Source: an uncultured archaeon (GTDB taxonomy: Archaea; Asgardarchaeota; Lokiarchaeia; Sigyniarchaeales; Promethearchaeaceae). Taken from it: a stretch of 32,000 bases of DNA. How positions within the stretch are numbered: position 1 is the stretch's first letter; each line of letters starts with the position of its first letter. This document shows, one piece after another, positions 1-9,709 of the stretch. A program made the position numbers and the translations under genes. The stretch lies in NCBI GenBank assembly GCA_964426185.1, contig CAYRPF010000014.1, positions 7,527-39,526 of the forward strand, read 5' to 3'. The notes below the pieces were generated by a model, which worked only from the letters and a program-made list of their open reading frames with translations, was not told where the DNA came from and did not search any database.

Positions 1-1
1 T

Positions 2-667
2 CGGGAAATGCACGATACATTTTACCTAAAACAGCCTCAAAAGGGAAAACTTCCCAAGAAAAAATTTGTAGAAAAAATCAAGGCTATTCACGAAAATGGA
101 GGTGATTCTGGATCTACTGGTTGGGGATATGAATGGTCACCTGAGATTGCAAAAAAACTTCTACTGAGAACCCATACTACTGCTACTACACTTCGACATT
201 TGGCAAAAGTAGGATTAGAAAAATCAAAACTACCTGTGAAAGTTTTTTGCATTGATCGGGTATTTCGCAATGAGAAGATAGATCGCACTCACTTAGCAGA
301 ACTTCAGCAGATAGATGGAATTATTATTGGAGAAAATGTCACGCTCAGTGATTTAATTGGACAAATCACAGAATTTTATAAACGAATGGGATTCAAAAAG
401 GTAATCACTCGTCCCGGTTTCTTTCCATATACAGAACCATCCATGGAAGTATCCGTTTATAGTGAAGAATTGGGTGCTTGGTTGGAAATGGGTGGATCTG
501 GCATATTTCGTCCAGAAGTGACCTATGCTTGGGGAATAAAGAATCCTATCCGCGTTCTAGCCTGGGGTTTAGGCTTAGAACGGTTGGCTATGTTGAAACT
601 AAAGAGAGACGACATACGAGATCTTTATCAAAGTAATATTTCATGGTTGCGGGAGGTATCTTACTAA
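2..667 (+). CDS. pheS: Phenylalanine--tRNA ligase alpha subunit, C-terminal part (5' end outside window)
   Basis: Frame is open from nt 2 (R-E-M-H-D-T-F-Y). Class II motif 2 RVFRNEKIDRTH, FPYTEPS, and motif 3 AWGLGLERLAM. Archaeal/eukaryote-type GWGYEW segment. Immediately upstream of pheT. Confidence 0.97.
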   Translation, partial: REMHDTFYLKQPQKGKLPKKKFVEKIKAIHENGGDSGSTGWGYEWSPEIAKKLLLRTHTTATTLRHLAKVGLEKSKLPVKVFCIDRVFRNEKIDRTHLAELQQIDGIIIGENVTLSDLIGQITEFYKRMGFKKVITRPGFFPYTEPSMEVSVYSEELGAWLEMGGSGIFRPEVTYAWGIKNPIRVLAWGLGLERLAMLKLKRDDIRDLYQSNISWLREVSY

Positions 668-668
668 A

Positions 669-2354
669 ATGCCTACTATTGAATTAAAAATTGATGAACT
701 TTCGGAATTATTAGGTCGAAAAGTTGAATATGAAACATTGCAATATGATTTACAATGGATCTCATTAGATATTGATGATTATGATCCTGAAAATCAGATA
801 ATCAAAGTAGAATTCAACCCAAACCGTCCTGATTTTTCAAGCCCGCAAGGAATAATCCGACCCTTAAAGGGTTATTATGGCATTGAAAAAGGGATAATTA
901 AATATACGGTTACAAAAGGGAAAGAATATTTCAAGGTCAGTTCTAAAGTAAAAGCCATCCGTCCCTATGTGGTTTCAGGCTTAGTTAGGTTTAATTCCGC
1001 TCTTACAGAGGAACAAGTCATTACTTTGATGAGAATGCAAGAAATTCTTCATTGGGCTGTCGGTAGAGATCGGAAAAAAGTGGCTATAGGAATTCATGAT
1101 TATGAAATGGTTAAAGGGCCATATATTTATACTTCTGTTAAACCAGATGAAATTAAATTCCGACCCCTTCATTTAGAAGCATATGAATTGACACCCCAAG
1201 AAATTTTAGAAGAACATCCCATGGGAATTCAATATGCCCACTTATTAGAAGGGTGTGAAGAATATCCCATGATTTTTGATGCAGAAGGAAAGGTGGTTTC
1301 ATTTCCTCCGATTATTAATGGAACTTATACTACAGTTACTCCCGATAAAACCAAAATTTTACTGTTAGATTTGACTGGTACCAATGAAAAAGCCGTTAAT
1401 GTGGCATTAAATATTTTAGCTACCACTTTCGCAGATATGGGAGGTAAGTTGGAGTCGGTAGAAATTATTTATGAAGATGAATCCGAAAAGGAAATATGGA
1501 CTCCTGATTTAACCCCTCGAATTTGGACCGGACATGTGGATTATATTAATTCTTACATCGGATTAAATCTATCTGCTTCTGAGATGGTAGAATGTCTGCA
1601 AAAAGTCCGGCTAGATGCTGAAATTGTGGATTCCAATACACTCAAAGTTTCTATTCCAGCATATCGCAATGATATTATGCATGAAGTAGACTTGGTTGAA
1701 GAAGTAGCCATGGGTTATGGATATGAGAATTTGATACCAACAGTTTTTATGGAAGGATTTGGAAAATACCATCCTATCTTAAAATTTGCACAACAAGTTA
1801 GAGAAATAATGATTGGTGCCAGTTGTATTGAGATGGTTAATAATATTTTAATTTCAAATGGCGATAATCAAAAACTACGGTTAAATATCAAGAAAAAAGA
1901 ACAAATACTTCTATTGAATCCCGTTTCAGCAGAGTATAATACAGTTCGACGTTCTCTTCTGACCAGTTTATTAAAAAATATACAATATAATCGTTCTGAA
2001 GAAAAACCCTTTCGTATTTTTGAAGTGGGGGATGTTATCATTCCAGATAAGTCTCAAGAAACTTTATCTCGCCGAGAACTGCACTTGGCTTGCATCGTTC
2101 ATTCGGATTCAAGTGACTTTTCAGAAATTCGGAGTATTTTCGATCATTTCACCCGAACTTATGGAATTTTCGATTCGATTACTATACGACCAGAAGAAAA
2201 TGAATCCTTTACGCCAGGACGGATCGGTGCAATATATTATAAGAAAAAGAAAATCGGGATGATTGGAGAAATTCACCCTCAAGTTATTCAAAATTTTGAA
2301 TTAGAATATCCCACTGCTGGTTTTGAAATCAATTTAGATCCTTTTGTGCAGTAA
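669..2354 (+). CDS. pheT: Phenylalanine--tRNA ligase beta subunit (archaeal type)
   Basis: MPTI start, NRPD, RDRKKVAIGIHD, SFPPIING, PAYRNDIMHEVDLVEEVA. 561 aa is the archaeal length. 1 nt after the pheS stop. Confidence 0.97.
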   Translation: MPTIELKIDELSELLGRKVEYETLQYDLQWISLDIDDYDPENQIIKVEFNPNRPDFSSPQGIIRPLKGYYGIEKGIIKYTVTKGKEYFKVSSKVKAIRPYVVSGLVRFNSALTEEQVITLMRMQEILHWAVGRDRKKVAIGIHDYEMVKGPYIYTSVKPDEIKFRPLHLEAYELTPQEILEEHPMGIQYAHLLEGCEEYPMIFDAEGKVVSFPPIINGTYTTVTPDKTKILLLDLTGTNEKAVNVALNILATTFADMGGKLESVEIIYEDESEKEIWTPDLTPRIWTGHVDYINSYIGLNLSASEMVECLQKVRLDAEIVDSNTLKVSIPAYRNDIMHEVDLVEEVAMGYGYENLIPTVFMEGFGKYHPILKFAQQVREIMIGASCIEMVNNILISNGDNQKLRLNIKKKEQILLLNPVSAEYNTVRRSLLTSLLKNIQYNRSEEKPFRIFEVGDVIIPDKSQETLSRRELHLACIVHSDSSDFSEIRSIFDHFTRTYGIFDSITIRPEENESFTPGRIGAIYYKKKKIGMIGEIHPQVIQNFELEYPTAGFEINLDPFVQ

Positions 2355-2481
2355 GGTGAAATTTTTTTTATGCATTTTTTTATGATATGGCTAAGTCATA
2401 GTAATCGTTTGATTAACCAATACTATTGCATAAACTCAGTGTTAGGGGATATAGCGATAAAGAATTAATTGCTAAGGATAT

Positions 2482-3240
2482 TTAGCTTAATCTTAACATA
2501 TTTTTTATATAGGTTATTTCATCTTTAATGCCTTTTTCCGCTAAATCTAATAATTGCTTTAATTCTTCTCGGTTGAAAGTTCTTCCTTCGGCGGTGCCTT
2601 GGATTTCCACCAAGTTCATTTCTTCATCCATCACTATATTCATATCCACATCAGCTTGACTATCTTCTTCATAAAATAAATCTAATAAAACTTGTTTGTT
2701 AACAATTCCTACCGAAATTGCCGCAATTACCTTGAATGCAGGCATATCTTGAATGAATTCCATTTCAATAGCTTTTTGTAAGGCATCATATACGGCTACA
2801 AACCCTCCAGTTATAGAAGCACATCGGGTTCCACCATCGGCTTGTATTACATCTGCATCCACTTTTACGGTAATTTCGCCTAAATGTTCAAAATCAAACG
2901 CTGCCCGCATCGCTCGACCAATTAATCTCTGAATTTCGTGGCTTCTCCCCGAGATTGTTCGTTTACGATCCCGATTTCTGCGGGTATTTGTTGCTCTTGG
3001 CAAGAGATCATATTCAGAAGTGATCCATCCTTTTCCAGAATCTTTCAAAAAACGTGGAACATTCTCTTCTATCGAGGCTGTAACAATTATTTTTGTATCA
3101 CCCTGTTCGATCAAAACACTACCTTCAGGCCATTTTAGGTAATTTCTGGTAATTTTGAGCGGTCGGATTTCATCCATTTTTCGGCCATCAAGTCTTTGGC
3201 TATTTGTTGAATTCATTGTATTATTACTCAAGTTTATCAC
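2482..3240 (-). CDS. rph: Ribonuclease PH (bacterial type)
   Basis: RLDGR..RP..ITRNY..EGSVL, VPRFLK.SGKGWITSEY..LPRAT, GRSHEIQRLIGR, DVIQADGGTRCASITG, YEEDS.ADVDMN, EIQGTAEG. The true start may be a few codons downstream. Confidence 0.93.
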   Translation of the reverse strand: MINLSNNTMNSTNSQRLDGRKMDEIRPLKITRNYLKWPEGSVLIEQGDTKIIVTASIEENVPRFLKDSGKGWITSEYDLLPRATNTRRNRDRKRTISGRSHEIQRLIGRAMRAAFDFEHLGEITVKVDADVIQADGGTRCASITGGFVAVYDALQKAIEMEFIQDMPAFKVIAAISVGIVNKQVLLDLFYEEDSQADVDMNIVMDEEMNLVEIQGTAEGRTFNREELKQLLDLAEKGIKDEITYIKNMLRLS

Positions 3241-3311
3241 TCATATTTATCAATAATCTCAATTTACTATTAATGTAAATCACGTGAGTATAAGAGTATT
3301 TGGGCATTTTA

Positions 3312-3317
3312 AGGTGA
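3312..3317 (+). promoter_or_regulatory. Shine-Dalgarno-like AGGTGA upstream of the 3327 ORF
   Basis: AGGTGA lies 9 nt before ATG 3327 and matches the archaeal anti-SD complement. Confidence 0.5.
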
Positions 3318-3326
3318 TAATAATTT

Positions 3327-3608
3327 ATGAATACTGATCAAATCATTCTCCATATACAAGAAGATCCCGATGTAAATAAGATTTATAGGATTGATCCTGA
3401 ATCACAATTTTACTTTCAAGAAATTACTGCAGAAGATTTAGAATTTCTGCGCAAAATCTATCCTAATTTTACAGTTTTTTCTAAAACTCCTATGTGGTGT
3501 ATAACCGGTATTTCATCCCACATCAGCACTCCATCAAAAGCTTATGCAAAAATAAAAATATATCTAAATAGAGATGGTGAAATGGTATCGAAATTTAAGA
3601 ATTTCTAA
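3327..3608 (+). CDS. Hypothetical protein (93 aa)
   Basis: ATG with SD-like signal, divergent from rph, fills the gap. No recognised motif. Confidence 0.65.
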   Translation: MNTDQIILHIQEDPDVNKIYRIDPESQFYFQEITAEDLEFLRKIYPNFTVFSKTPMWCITGISSHISTPSKAYAKIKIYLNRDGEMVSKFKNF

Positions 3609-3716
3609 ATGAATGAAAAAGATTTAGAAATAATATTATATTACTGTAAGAATTCTCAAAAAAATAAGAATTAGAAATAAATAGTTAAGTTTGCACTAGT
3701 TACTTGTTGTGATATT

Positions 3717-4541
3717 ATGCTTTCAACCCATATTGAACAATTATGGGATCAAAATCCCGAATTTCGGCAAAAAATCATTCAATTTCTTTCTTCTTTGGAT
3801 GTAAGTGATGATTTTTATGCAGGGGAAGAAAATAAGATAGAACAACATCAAAATCAACCTCCATCTTTTGAACTAATTTTAAAGTTGGGGCTTTTATTAG
3901 TTCATCCTAATCCGAATATTCGAAATCAGGCTGTAAATTTTTACAATCAAAATTTTCCTTCTTTTGGATTGCAGTTATTTGATCCAGGAAATATAATTGA
4001 TGAAATGCCACTTACTATCAAGTCCATTATCGTTCAAAAAATGATTCAAAATTATAAAAACGCTGATTCTAATTACCTCAATTTCGCCACTTTCTGGTTA
4101 GGTATGTACGGTACAGAAGATTGCTTGCCGTTTTTGATCAAAAATTTGTCTCATCCTTCAATAGGTATTGTAGAACAAGTAATTCGTACTTTAGGAATTT
4201 ATGGTTCACCTCGTGCGATTCCTTATCTATTGCCCTTAATTCATCGTTTTAATGATTCTCCAGAAATAAAAAAAGCCGTAATTGAAGCTGTTGGAATCCT
4301 GGGTGAAGAAGGTATTGGAATTCAAAGTTTAATCCATGAGCTTTATTCAAAGGATAATACCGATTACGATATTTTGGAAGATTATCTAAAATCTTTTGGA
4401 GCGAGAATTTTGAAGTATATTTCTTGTGAAATAGAATTCGAAAAGGAAACCGAGCGAAAGAAAAAACTGCAAATATTCTGCAATAAGATTTCCCACATAT
4501 ATGCTATTAAAAATTCACAGCAATACAATATACTTTTATGA
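3717..4541 (+). CDS. HEAT/PBS-lyase-like repeat protein
   Basis: Repeated L-x-H-P...(I/V)...LG motifs: LIKNLSHPSIGIVEQVIRTLGIYGSPRAIPYLL, DSPEIKKAVIEAVGILG, LLVHPNPNIRNQAV. Confidence 0.8.
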   Translation: MLSTHIEQLWDQNPEFRQKIIQFLSSLDVSDDFYAGEENKIEQHQNQPPSFELILKLGLLLVHPNPNIRNQAVNFYNQNFPSFGLQLFDPGNIIDEMPLTIKSIIVQKMIQNYKNADSNYLNFATFWLGMYGTEDCLPFLIKNLSHPSIGIVEQVIRTLGIYGSPRAIPYLLPLIHRFNDSPEIKKAVIEAVGILGEEGIGIQSLIHELYSKDNTDYDILEDYLKSFGARILKYISCEIEFEKETERKKKLQIFCNKISHIYAIKNSQQYNILL

Positions 4542-4560
4542 GAGCTATAATGTTATATAA

Positions 4561-5706
4561 TTGCAAACTTCTATGATTTCCTTTCCCCCATTTCGCAAAT
4601 ATTACTTTATAGCTTGGATTGTAATATATATCCTTGGACTATGTGCTTGGTTTTGTGAAATTTGTCCAAATTATTTCTTTATAGTGGTTGAAATCTATAT
4701 ATTGGCTTTTTTCGGCTTAAACCTGTATTATTCTCTAAGTTCGCGAAATCATCCCGAGAAGATACATCACCCAGAATTCTTTATTAACGAAATTCTTTTA
4801 GCGGCCACCTATTTGGGTTTAGTGATATATCTTCCCTTTATTTTTCCTCGATCTTTGGGAGAAGATTTATGGCGTTTTATTTATTTTAATTTGTGGAATT
4901 CTCTTTCTATCCACCAATTATGTTGGGTAATTTATATCAAAGTCGCGCGTCAGAATAACCGTAAGAAGCACCGTATGTTGTTATATTCAGAATGGGTCAA
5001 TCTTGTAAAGGAAATTCATGCCTCCAAAGATGAGAAGGCACATAATTTTACCCGGAAACTCATGCATTTTGGAATTTCTGCCGGTTTAATCCTAATTTAT
5101 TATTGCGGGCCGTTATTTATCCAACTCCCTGTCTTTTCTCAATTAGGGATTACTTCAGATTTGTTTGTCAAATATTGGTGGTTTGCTATCTGCTTGCATT
5201 TACTTTGGATGTTAAATCTGGCTGATCTCTTCCGGTTGCAAAGTTTCTCTGATTTAGGACGCTTTGCAACTCGATGGTTGGAATCATCTATTAGAAATCA
5301 CGAGTTTTATACTTTCACTTCGGCACCTTTGATGATTATTTCTTGGTTTCCTTTTTTGTTGGCATCTCAACTAATTTTTATCATCATTGCACTTAATGGT
5401 TCTGTAAGTGATGCTTTGGCAAGTATTTTTGGAAAGAAATACGGAAAGGTGCGCGATATTCGAGGAAAAACTAAAATTGGATATATTGCAGGGTTTGTAT
5501 CCACCTTTATTTTAACTTTTTTGGGAATATTGATATTTCTTCCTTCAATTTCTGTAAATTCATCTATTGGATGGATTTTTATGATTTCATTAATCTGTGG
5601 TATAGCATTCTTTATGATAGATCGCTTCACGACGATTGTGTCTGATAATTTTTTAATTCCACTGGTAGTTGGAATTATTCTATGGATCTTTATTATATTG
5701 TCATAA
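4561..5706 (+). CDS. CTP-dependent lipid kinase family (Dgk1/dolichol/phytol kinase-like) polytopic membrane protein
   Basis: RKLMH, ADLFRL, SDALASIFGKKYGK...KTKIG and terminal DNFLIP, with about 10 hydrophobic segments. Start is TTG 4561 or ATG 4573. Confidence 0.78.
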   Translation: MQTSMISFPPFRKYYFIAWIVIYILGLCAWFCEICPNYFFIVVEIYILAFFGLNLYYSLSSRNHPEKIHHPEFFINEILLAATYLGLVIYLPFIFPRSLGEDLWRFIYFNLWNSLSIHQLCWVIYIKVARQNNRKKHRMLLYSEWVNLVKEIHASKDEKAHNFTRKLMHFGISAGLILIYYCGPLFIQLPVFSQLGITSDLFVKYWWFAICLHLLWMLNLADLFRLQSFSDLGRFATRWLESSIRNHEFYTFTSAPLMIISWFPFLLASQLIFIIIALNGSVSDALASIFGKKYGKVRDIRGKTKIGYIAGFVSTFILTFLGILIFLPSISVNSSIGWIFMISLICGIAFFMIDRFTTIVSDNFLIPLVVGIILWIFIILS

Positions 5707-5790
5707 AAAAATCACTCAGCGGAAGATTTTTCTATAAATTTTATAAGGTTATTCTCGGTATTATAGGTTAACAAAACTGCGGGGGAGAAC

Positions 5791-6099
5791 ATGGAGTTTA
5801 GTTTGGAAGAAGAGATTTATTGTGAAATCTTACAAGCTTTCGAGTTAAAACAATTTAATTCTGGCTTTGAAGAGCGAGAAATCATTAAATTGATGCGAAT
5901 GCTTCAAGATTCGTCTTTAAATCAAGAAATAATTAATATTGTCGTAAAAAATGCAATTATTCTACTCCTGACTTTGTTTTTTAGAAAAAATTCGTTGGAA
6001 TTATCCGGTTCTTCTGCATCTTCAGAAAATATAGAGAAAAATACTAAAAAATTATTTCTAAATATGCTCAACGGAGAAATAATTACAGTTCATCCATAA
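5791..6099 (+). CDS. Hypothetical helical protein (102 aa)
   Basis: ATG preceded by purine-rich GGGGGAGAAC. Co-oriented just upstream of the ABC genes. Confidence 0.65.
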   Translation: MEFSLEEEIYCEILQAFELKQFNSGFEEREIIKLMRMLQDSSLNQEIINIVVKNAIILLLTLFFRKNSLELSGSSASSENIEKNTKKLFLNMLNGEIITVHP

Positions 6100-6181
6100 T
6101 TTACAACATTTCCAAAATTTTATTTTTTACTCGTTCTAACTAAATGATAATCGAAAGAAAATAACACCTCTTGAAATTACT

Positions 6182-7255
6182 ATGGCCATTACTTCCCCAG
6201 AAATGAATTTTGAAAATTCTGATGGTGAAAATAACCCCCACAACAGAATATCTCTCTATACTATAAAGGATTATCGCGAAATCGGGCAAAAATACGATGT
6301 TTTTTTGGCTAATGCTAGTGTAGCCTACCGAAAAGGTAAATCCATCCTTCATGATATAACTCTCTACTTAAAACCGGGGGAAATTTTAGGACTCATTGGA
6401 GGAAGTGGCGCTGGAAAAAGCACATGTATGCGTGTGATGACTGGGCAAATTAAACCACCGCAGTTGACTCATGGATTTGCTGTAACCGCAGGTTGTCGGG
6501 CGGTTAGAGACAATCTCAAGTTAATTCAAAAAATAGGTTATGTTCCTCAACTAGAATATCTTTCACTTTATGAAGAATTTTCTGCCTTAGATAATTGCTT
6601 ATTTTTCGGAAGAAATTACTGCATTCCAAAGAAGCAGATTCTTAAGCGCGCTCGGGAAATTCTTCAAATTCTTGGATTTGAAAACGAAGAGCTTTTAAAG
6701 AAACCCGTCAAATATCTTTCAGGAGGTGAACGAAAAAGGGTCTCAATTGCGGTCGGCTTGATAAATACCCCTCGGGTCTTGTTTCTCGATGAGCCTACTA
6801 CGGGGCTGGATCCTCACTTAAGAATTGGTGTTTTAAACTTTCTCTTGAAAATCAACAAAGAATTTAATACCACCATGATTATCGTTTCGCATGATTTAGA
6901 AATTGCGGATTACTGCACGAAAGTTGCGATACTAAATTATGGAGAGTTGGCAGGTTTCGGTAAACCAAAGGAATTGATAGAATCTTTACCGAGTAAGGGA
7001 AAAAATCTTACAGTTCATTTCCAGAACTATAATTTCCGCAAAAATTTAAAACAAGTTCAAAATATTTCTGGAGTAGAGTATGTACTAAATACTGGTCGAA
7101 ACCAGATCAAAATTTTTTCAGATTCAATAGAAGAATATCCAAACATAATTAAACAATTGGAGCAAATTGGCTTGGAGATTTCACATTTCAGCTTAGATCA
7201 TTCTGTTTTTTTGGATTATTTTAGAATAAAAGGAAAACACATTACAGGAGTATGA
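6182..7255 (+). CDS. ABC transporter ATP-binding protein (ABC-2/DrrA-like, with C-terminal regulatory extension)
   Basis: Walker A GGSGAGKST, Q-loop YVPQ, signature LSGGE, Walker B LFLDEPTTGLDP, H-loop VSHD. Confidence 0.95.
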   Translation: MAITSPEMNFENSDGENNPHNRISLYTIKDYREIGQKYDVFLANASVAYRKGKSILHDITLYLKPGEILGLIGGSGAGKSTCMRVMTGQIKPPQLTHGFAVTAGCRAVRDNLKLIQKIGYVPQLEYLSLYEEFSALDNCLFFGRNYCIPKKQILKRAREILQILGFENEELLKKPVKYLSGGERKRVSIAVGLINTPRVLFLDEPTTGLDPHLRIGVLNFLLKINKEFNTTMIIVSHDLEIADYCTKVAILNYGELAGFGKPKELIESLPSKGKNLTVHFQNYNFRKNLKQVQNISGVEYVLNTGRNQIKIFSDSIEEYPNIIKQLEQIGLEISHFSLDHSVFLDYFRIKGKHITGV

Positions 7256-7261
7256 TTTTAT

Positions 7262-8449
7262 TTGACTGAAGAGATTTTTTCTGATGCTCGTTCTCGTGCA
7301 TTAAGAATAACTAACATGGTACGAAAAGAAATTAAGAGCTTGCTATCAGATAAAACTGCGATTTTTATCTTGTTTTTCATTCCTTTTTTGCTCATCACGA
7401 TTTTAGGGACTTCGCAACCCAATCTAGAAGCGACAAATACGACTATCTGGATAATTGATTATGATAATTCAGAAACTTCTGAGCAGTTTATTGAAACCAT
7501 GAAATCCTTGAATCTGTCATTGGCAATAGGTCAAAAAATTAGTGTTAGTTTTTTCACTTCTGGTGAACTTGCCCCCATTCAACCTAATTTTGGAGAAAAG
7601 GAGACTTATGGATTGGTTTCCGAGGAACTTGCCCAAAAAACATTAACTACTCAATTTCTAGATGCATATATTATATTACCCGAAGGATTTGAAGATAATA
7701 TCAAAACCAATGGAACAACTCCCATTATTGTTTATTATGATTCTATTGATTTTATGAAAATGCTCGTTTCAGACATGGTTGTTTTAGCTGGTACCAGCGA
7801 AATTCAAATGAAAAATATGTTATTTGAGCGTGATATCATCTATTTTCCCGAAACTCGCCCTGAAAACCTGGATCTCAATATATTAGATATGGGTGCCCCA
7901 AATTTCGTTCCCTTAATGCTTTTCATCACCATGCAACTTATTTCTTCTCAATCCATTGTGGGTGATATTCCTCTACGACGACTTTTGAACACTTCTCTCA
8001 AACGCGGTGAGGTAGTTACTGGAAAATTAATCGCCTATTCCTTCATTGGAATTATCCAAGTTCTCCTTACCATGGCTTTGTTATCCATTTTCAAAGTAAC
8101 TATGCATTGCTTGTGGTTTGATCTTTTCTTGATTTTATTGCTTAATTCGGTGGCGGGTATTTCTATGGGTATTTTCATTTCAGTTGTTACGAAAAGTCGA
8201 TTACAAGCATCTCAATTATTTCTTCTGCTCTTTTTCCTAATGTATATCAATGTATATTATGTTCGCAATATATTTTTCCTTACATTCATACCGATTGAAC
8301 AGACGCGCAAAATTTACGAATTTCTTGCTTACCGTGGAAAGGGATTATCCATAGTTTGGGAACCAATCCTTTTTATGACAATTACTGGGTTGTTCTTTTA
8401 TGTGGCTTCTATAGTTTATATAAAATATATCAAAAAGGAGTTCATCTAA
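7262..8449 (+). CDS. ABC-2 type permease (YhhJ/YbhS-like) with extracytoplasmic domain
   Basis: RKEIKSLLSDK then TM1, IIDYDNSE loop, AYIILPEGF, then 5 TMs including GKLIAY. TTG start. Confidence 0.9.
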   Translation: MTEEIFSDARSRALRITNMVRKEIKSLLSDKTAIFILFFIPFLLITILGTSQPNLEATNTTIWIIDYDNSETSEQFIETMKSLNLSLAIGQKISVSFFTSGELAPIQPNFGEKETYGLVSEELAQKTLTTQFLDAYIILPEGFEDNIKTNGTTPIIVYYDSIDFMKMLVSDMVVLAGTSEIQMKNMLFERDIIYFPETRPENLDLNILDMGAPNFVPLMLFITMQLISSQSIVGDIPLRRLLNTSLKRGEVVTGKLIAYSFIGIIQVLLTMALLSIFKVTMHCLWFDLFLILLLNSVAGISMGIFISVVTKSRLQASQLFLLLFFLMYINVYYVRNIFFLTFIPIEQTRKIYEFLAYRGKGLSIVWEPILFMTITGLFFYVASIVYIKYIKKEFI

Positions 8450-8451
8450 AC

Positions 8452-9672
8452 ATGAAATTTCGCCTATTTACCAAATCAACTTCCAAAAATTCATGGAATC
8501 AATGGAAAGATTTTCATCTTATTAATCCCCTGAAGCGGTATGGCGCATTGATTATCAAAGAAATCCGAGTTTTAATTAATGATAAAGGGGCTATGGTGAT
8601 AACTTACTTCATACCTCTAATTGTGGTGCTTGTTTTAACAATTGGTTCTTCTGGGCAGTTAATAGCTACCTCTGATTCAGGGAGCAGCACCCAAGTCAAT
8701 GAACTCTTCAAAAACGAAACACCTGTTATTGGCTTAATCGATTATGATAACAGTGAAGGGTTTCTCGATAGGGATCTTTCCTCGGATTTTGTTGCTCAAT
8801 TTCAAGAGGCCCAAATACGCGGCATGTGCACTTTATTTGAAACCACCAATCAGACAGAATTGGAATATTTAATAGGCGAGGGGGAAATCAGCGCATTTAT
8901 CATAATACCTAATATGTTTGAATTCAATCTTTCTATTCATCTTCCAGTGATTGTTCCAGTAGTTATCGATTCGATTAATACTGCTAATTTACAAGCAACA
9001 CAGAAGATTGTAGATTCAATTATCCAAGAATTTAAACAAGATAATGATTTTACTGGCGTTTTCAAAGTTGATAAAGAATTAGTCAATGTTCCTGAAAAAA
9101 ACCAAATATTTTTCGCCGCAGCCCCATATATTATTCCTCTGGTTATTTTTGGAATTGGATCACTAACCTCAAGTCAGTGCATTGTTTCGGATATTCCGAA
9201 AGATCGTATGGTATTAACACCCACAAATAAAGGCGAAATGATGGCAGCAAAAGTTTCAGCCAATATTATTATTCAAATGGGCGTAATTATCATTTTTCTC
9301 ATAACAAGCGCCTTAGTTGAATTGCAAATCATGACTACTTACATTACTTATTTCATCGTTCTTTTATTAATGGTGATCAATTCTATTTTGGTAGGAGTGG
9401 CGATTTCAGCAATTTCTAAAACAGCATTGGCGGCATATCAATATTTTATATTCATTTTTATATTTCAAATAGTAGCTATTCTGTTTATAGAGAATCCATT
9501 TATATTAATGACTTTGCCTTTATACAATGGATATCAATTAATTCTACAAATAGTATTACGTGGGCAATCATTTTGGTCAATACGTATGAATATTTTAAGC
9601 ATGGCTGTAGAATCGTTTGTCATTTATTTAATAGGTTATATTGTATTCCGAATTCAGAAAACAATGTTGTAA
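8452..9672 (+). CDS. ABC-2 type permease (second paralog)
   Basis: IKEIRVLINDK then TM1, LIDYDNSE, AFIIIPNMF, MAAKV. Start moved to ATG 8452, 2 nt after the upstream stop. Confidence 0.9.
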   Translation: MKFRLFTKSTSKNSWNQWKDFHLINPLKRYGALIIKEIRVLINDKGAMVITYFIPLIVVLVLTIGSSGQLIATSDSGSSTQVNELFKNETPVIGLIDYDNSEGFLDRDLSSDFVAQFQEAQIRGMCTLFETTNQTELEYLIGEGEISAFIIIPNMFEFNLSIHLPVIVPVVIDSINTANLQATQKIVDSIIQEFKQDNDFTGVFKVDKELVNVPEKNQIFFAAAPYIIPLVIFGIGSLTSSQCIVSDIPKDRMVLTPTNKGEMMAAKVSANIIIQMGVIIIFLITSALVELQIMTTYITYFIVLLLMVINSILVGVAISAISKTALAAYQYFIFIFIFQIVAILFIENPFILMTLPLYNGYQLILQIVLRGQSFWSIRMNILSMAVESFVIYLIGYIVFRIQKTML

Positions 9673-9709
9673 TTTCTTTTTAGTAAAAAAAAAAATTTCA
9701 GGATGAAAA

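Noticed and set aside
2482-3240. Annotating the RNase PH-fold gene as exosome Rrp41
   Set aside because: The motifs (GWITSEY, EIQGTAEG) are bacterial Rph-type, and there are no rrp4/rrp42 neighbours.
3280-3287. TCACGTGA palindrome (E-box-like) in the divergent rph/3327 intergenic region
   Set aside because: A single 8-bp palindrome is expected by chance. No bHLH factor is evident, and any link to SREBP/S1P would be unsupported.
8356-8451. ORF-track start of permease 2 at 8356
   Set aside because: It overlaps permease 1 by 94 nt. ATG 8452, 2 nt after the stop, is more plausible.
9685-9695. A11 run between permease 2 and ATPase 2 as a phase-variation site
   Set aside because: Intergenic A/T runs are common throughout this AT-rich window, and there is no evidence of function.
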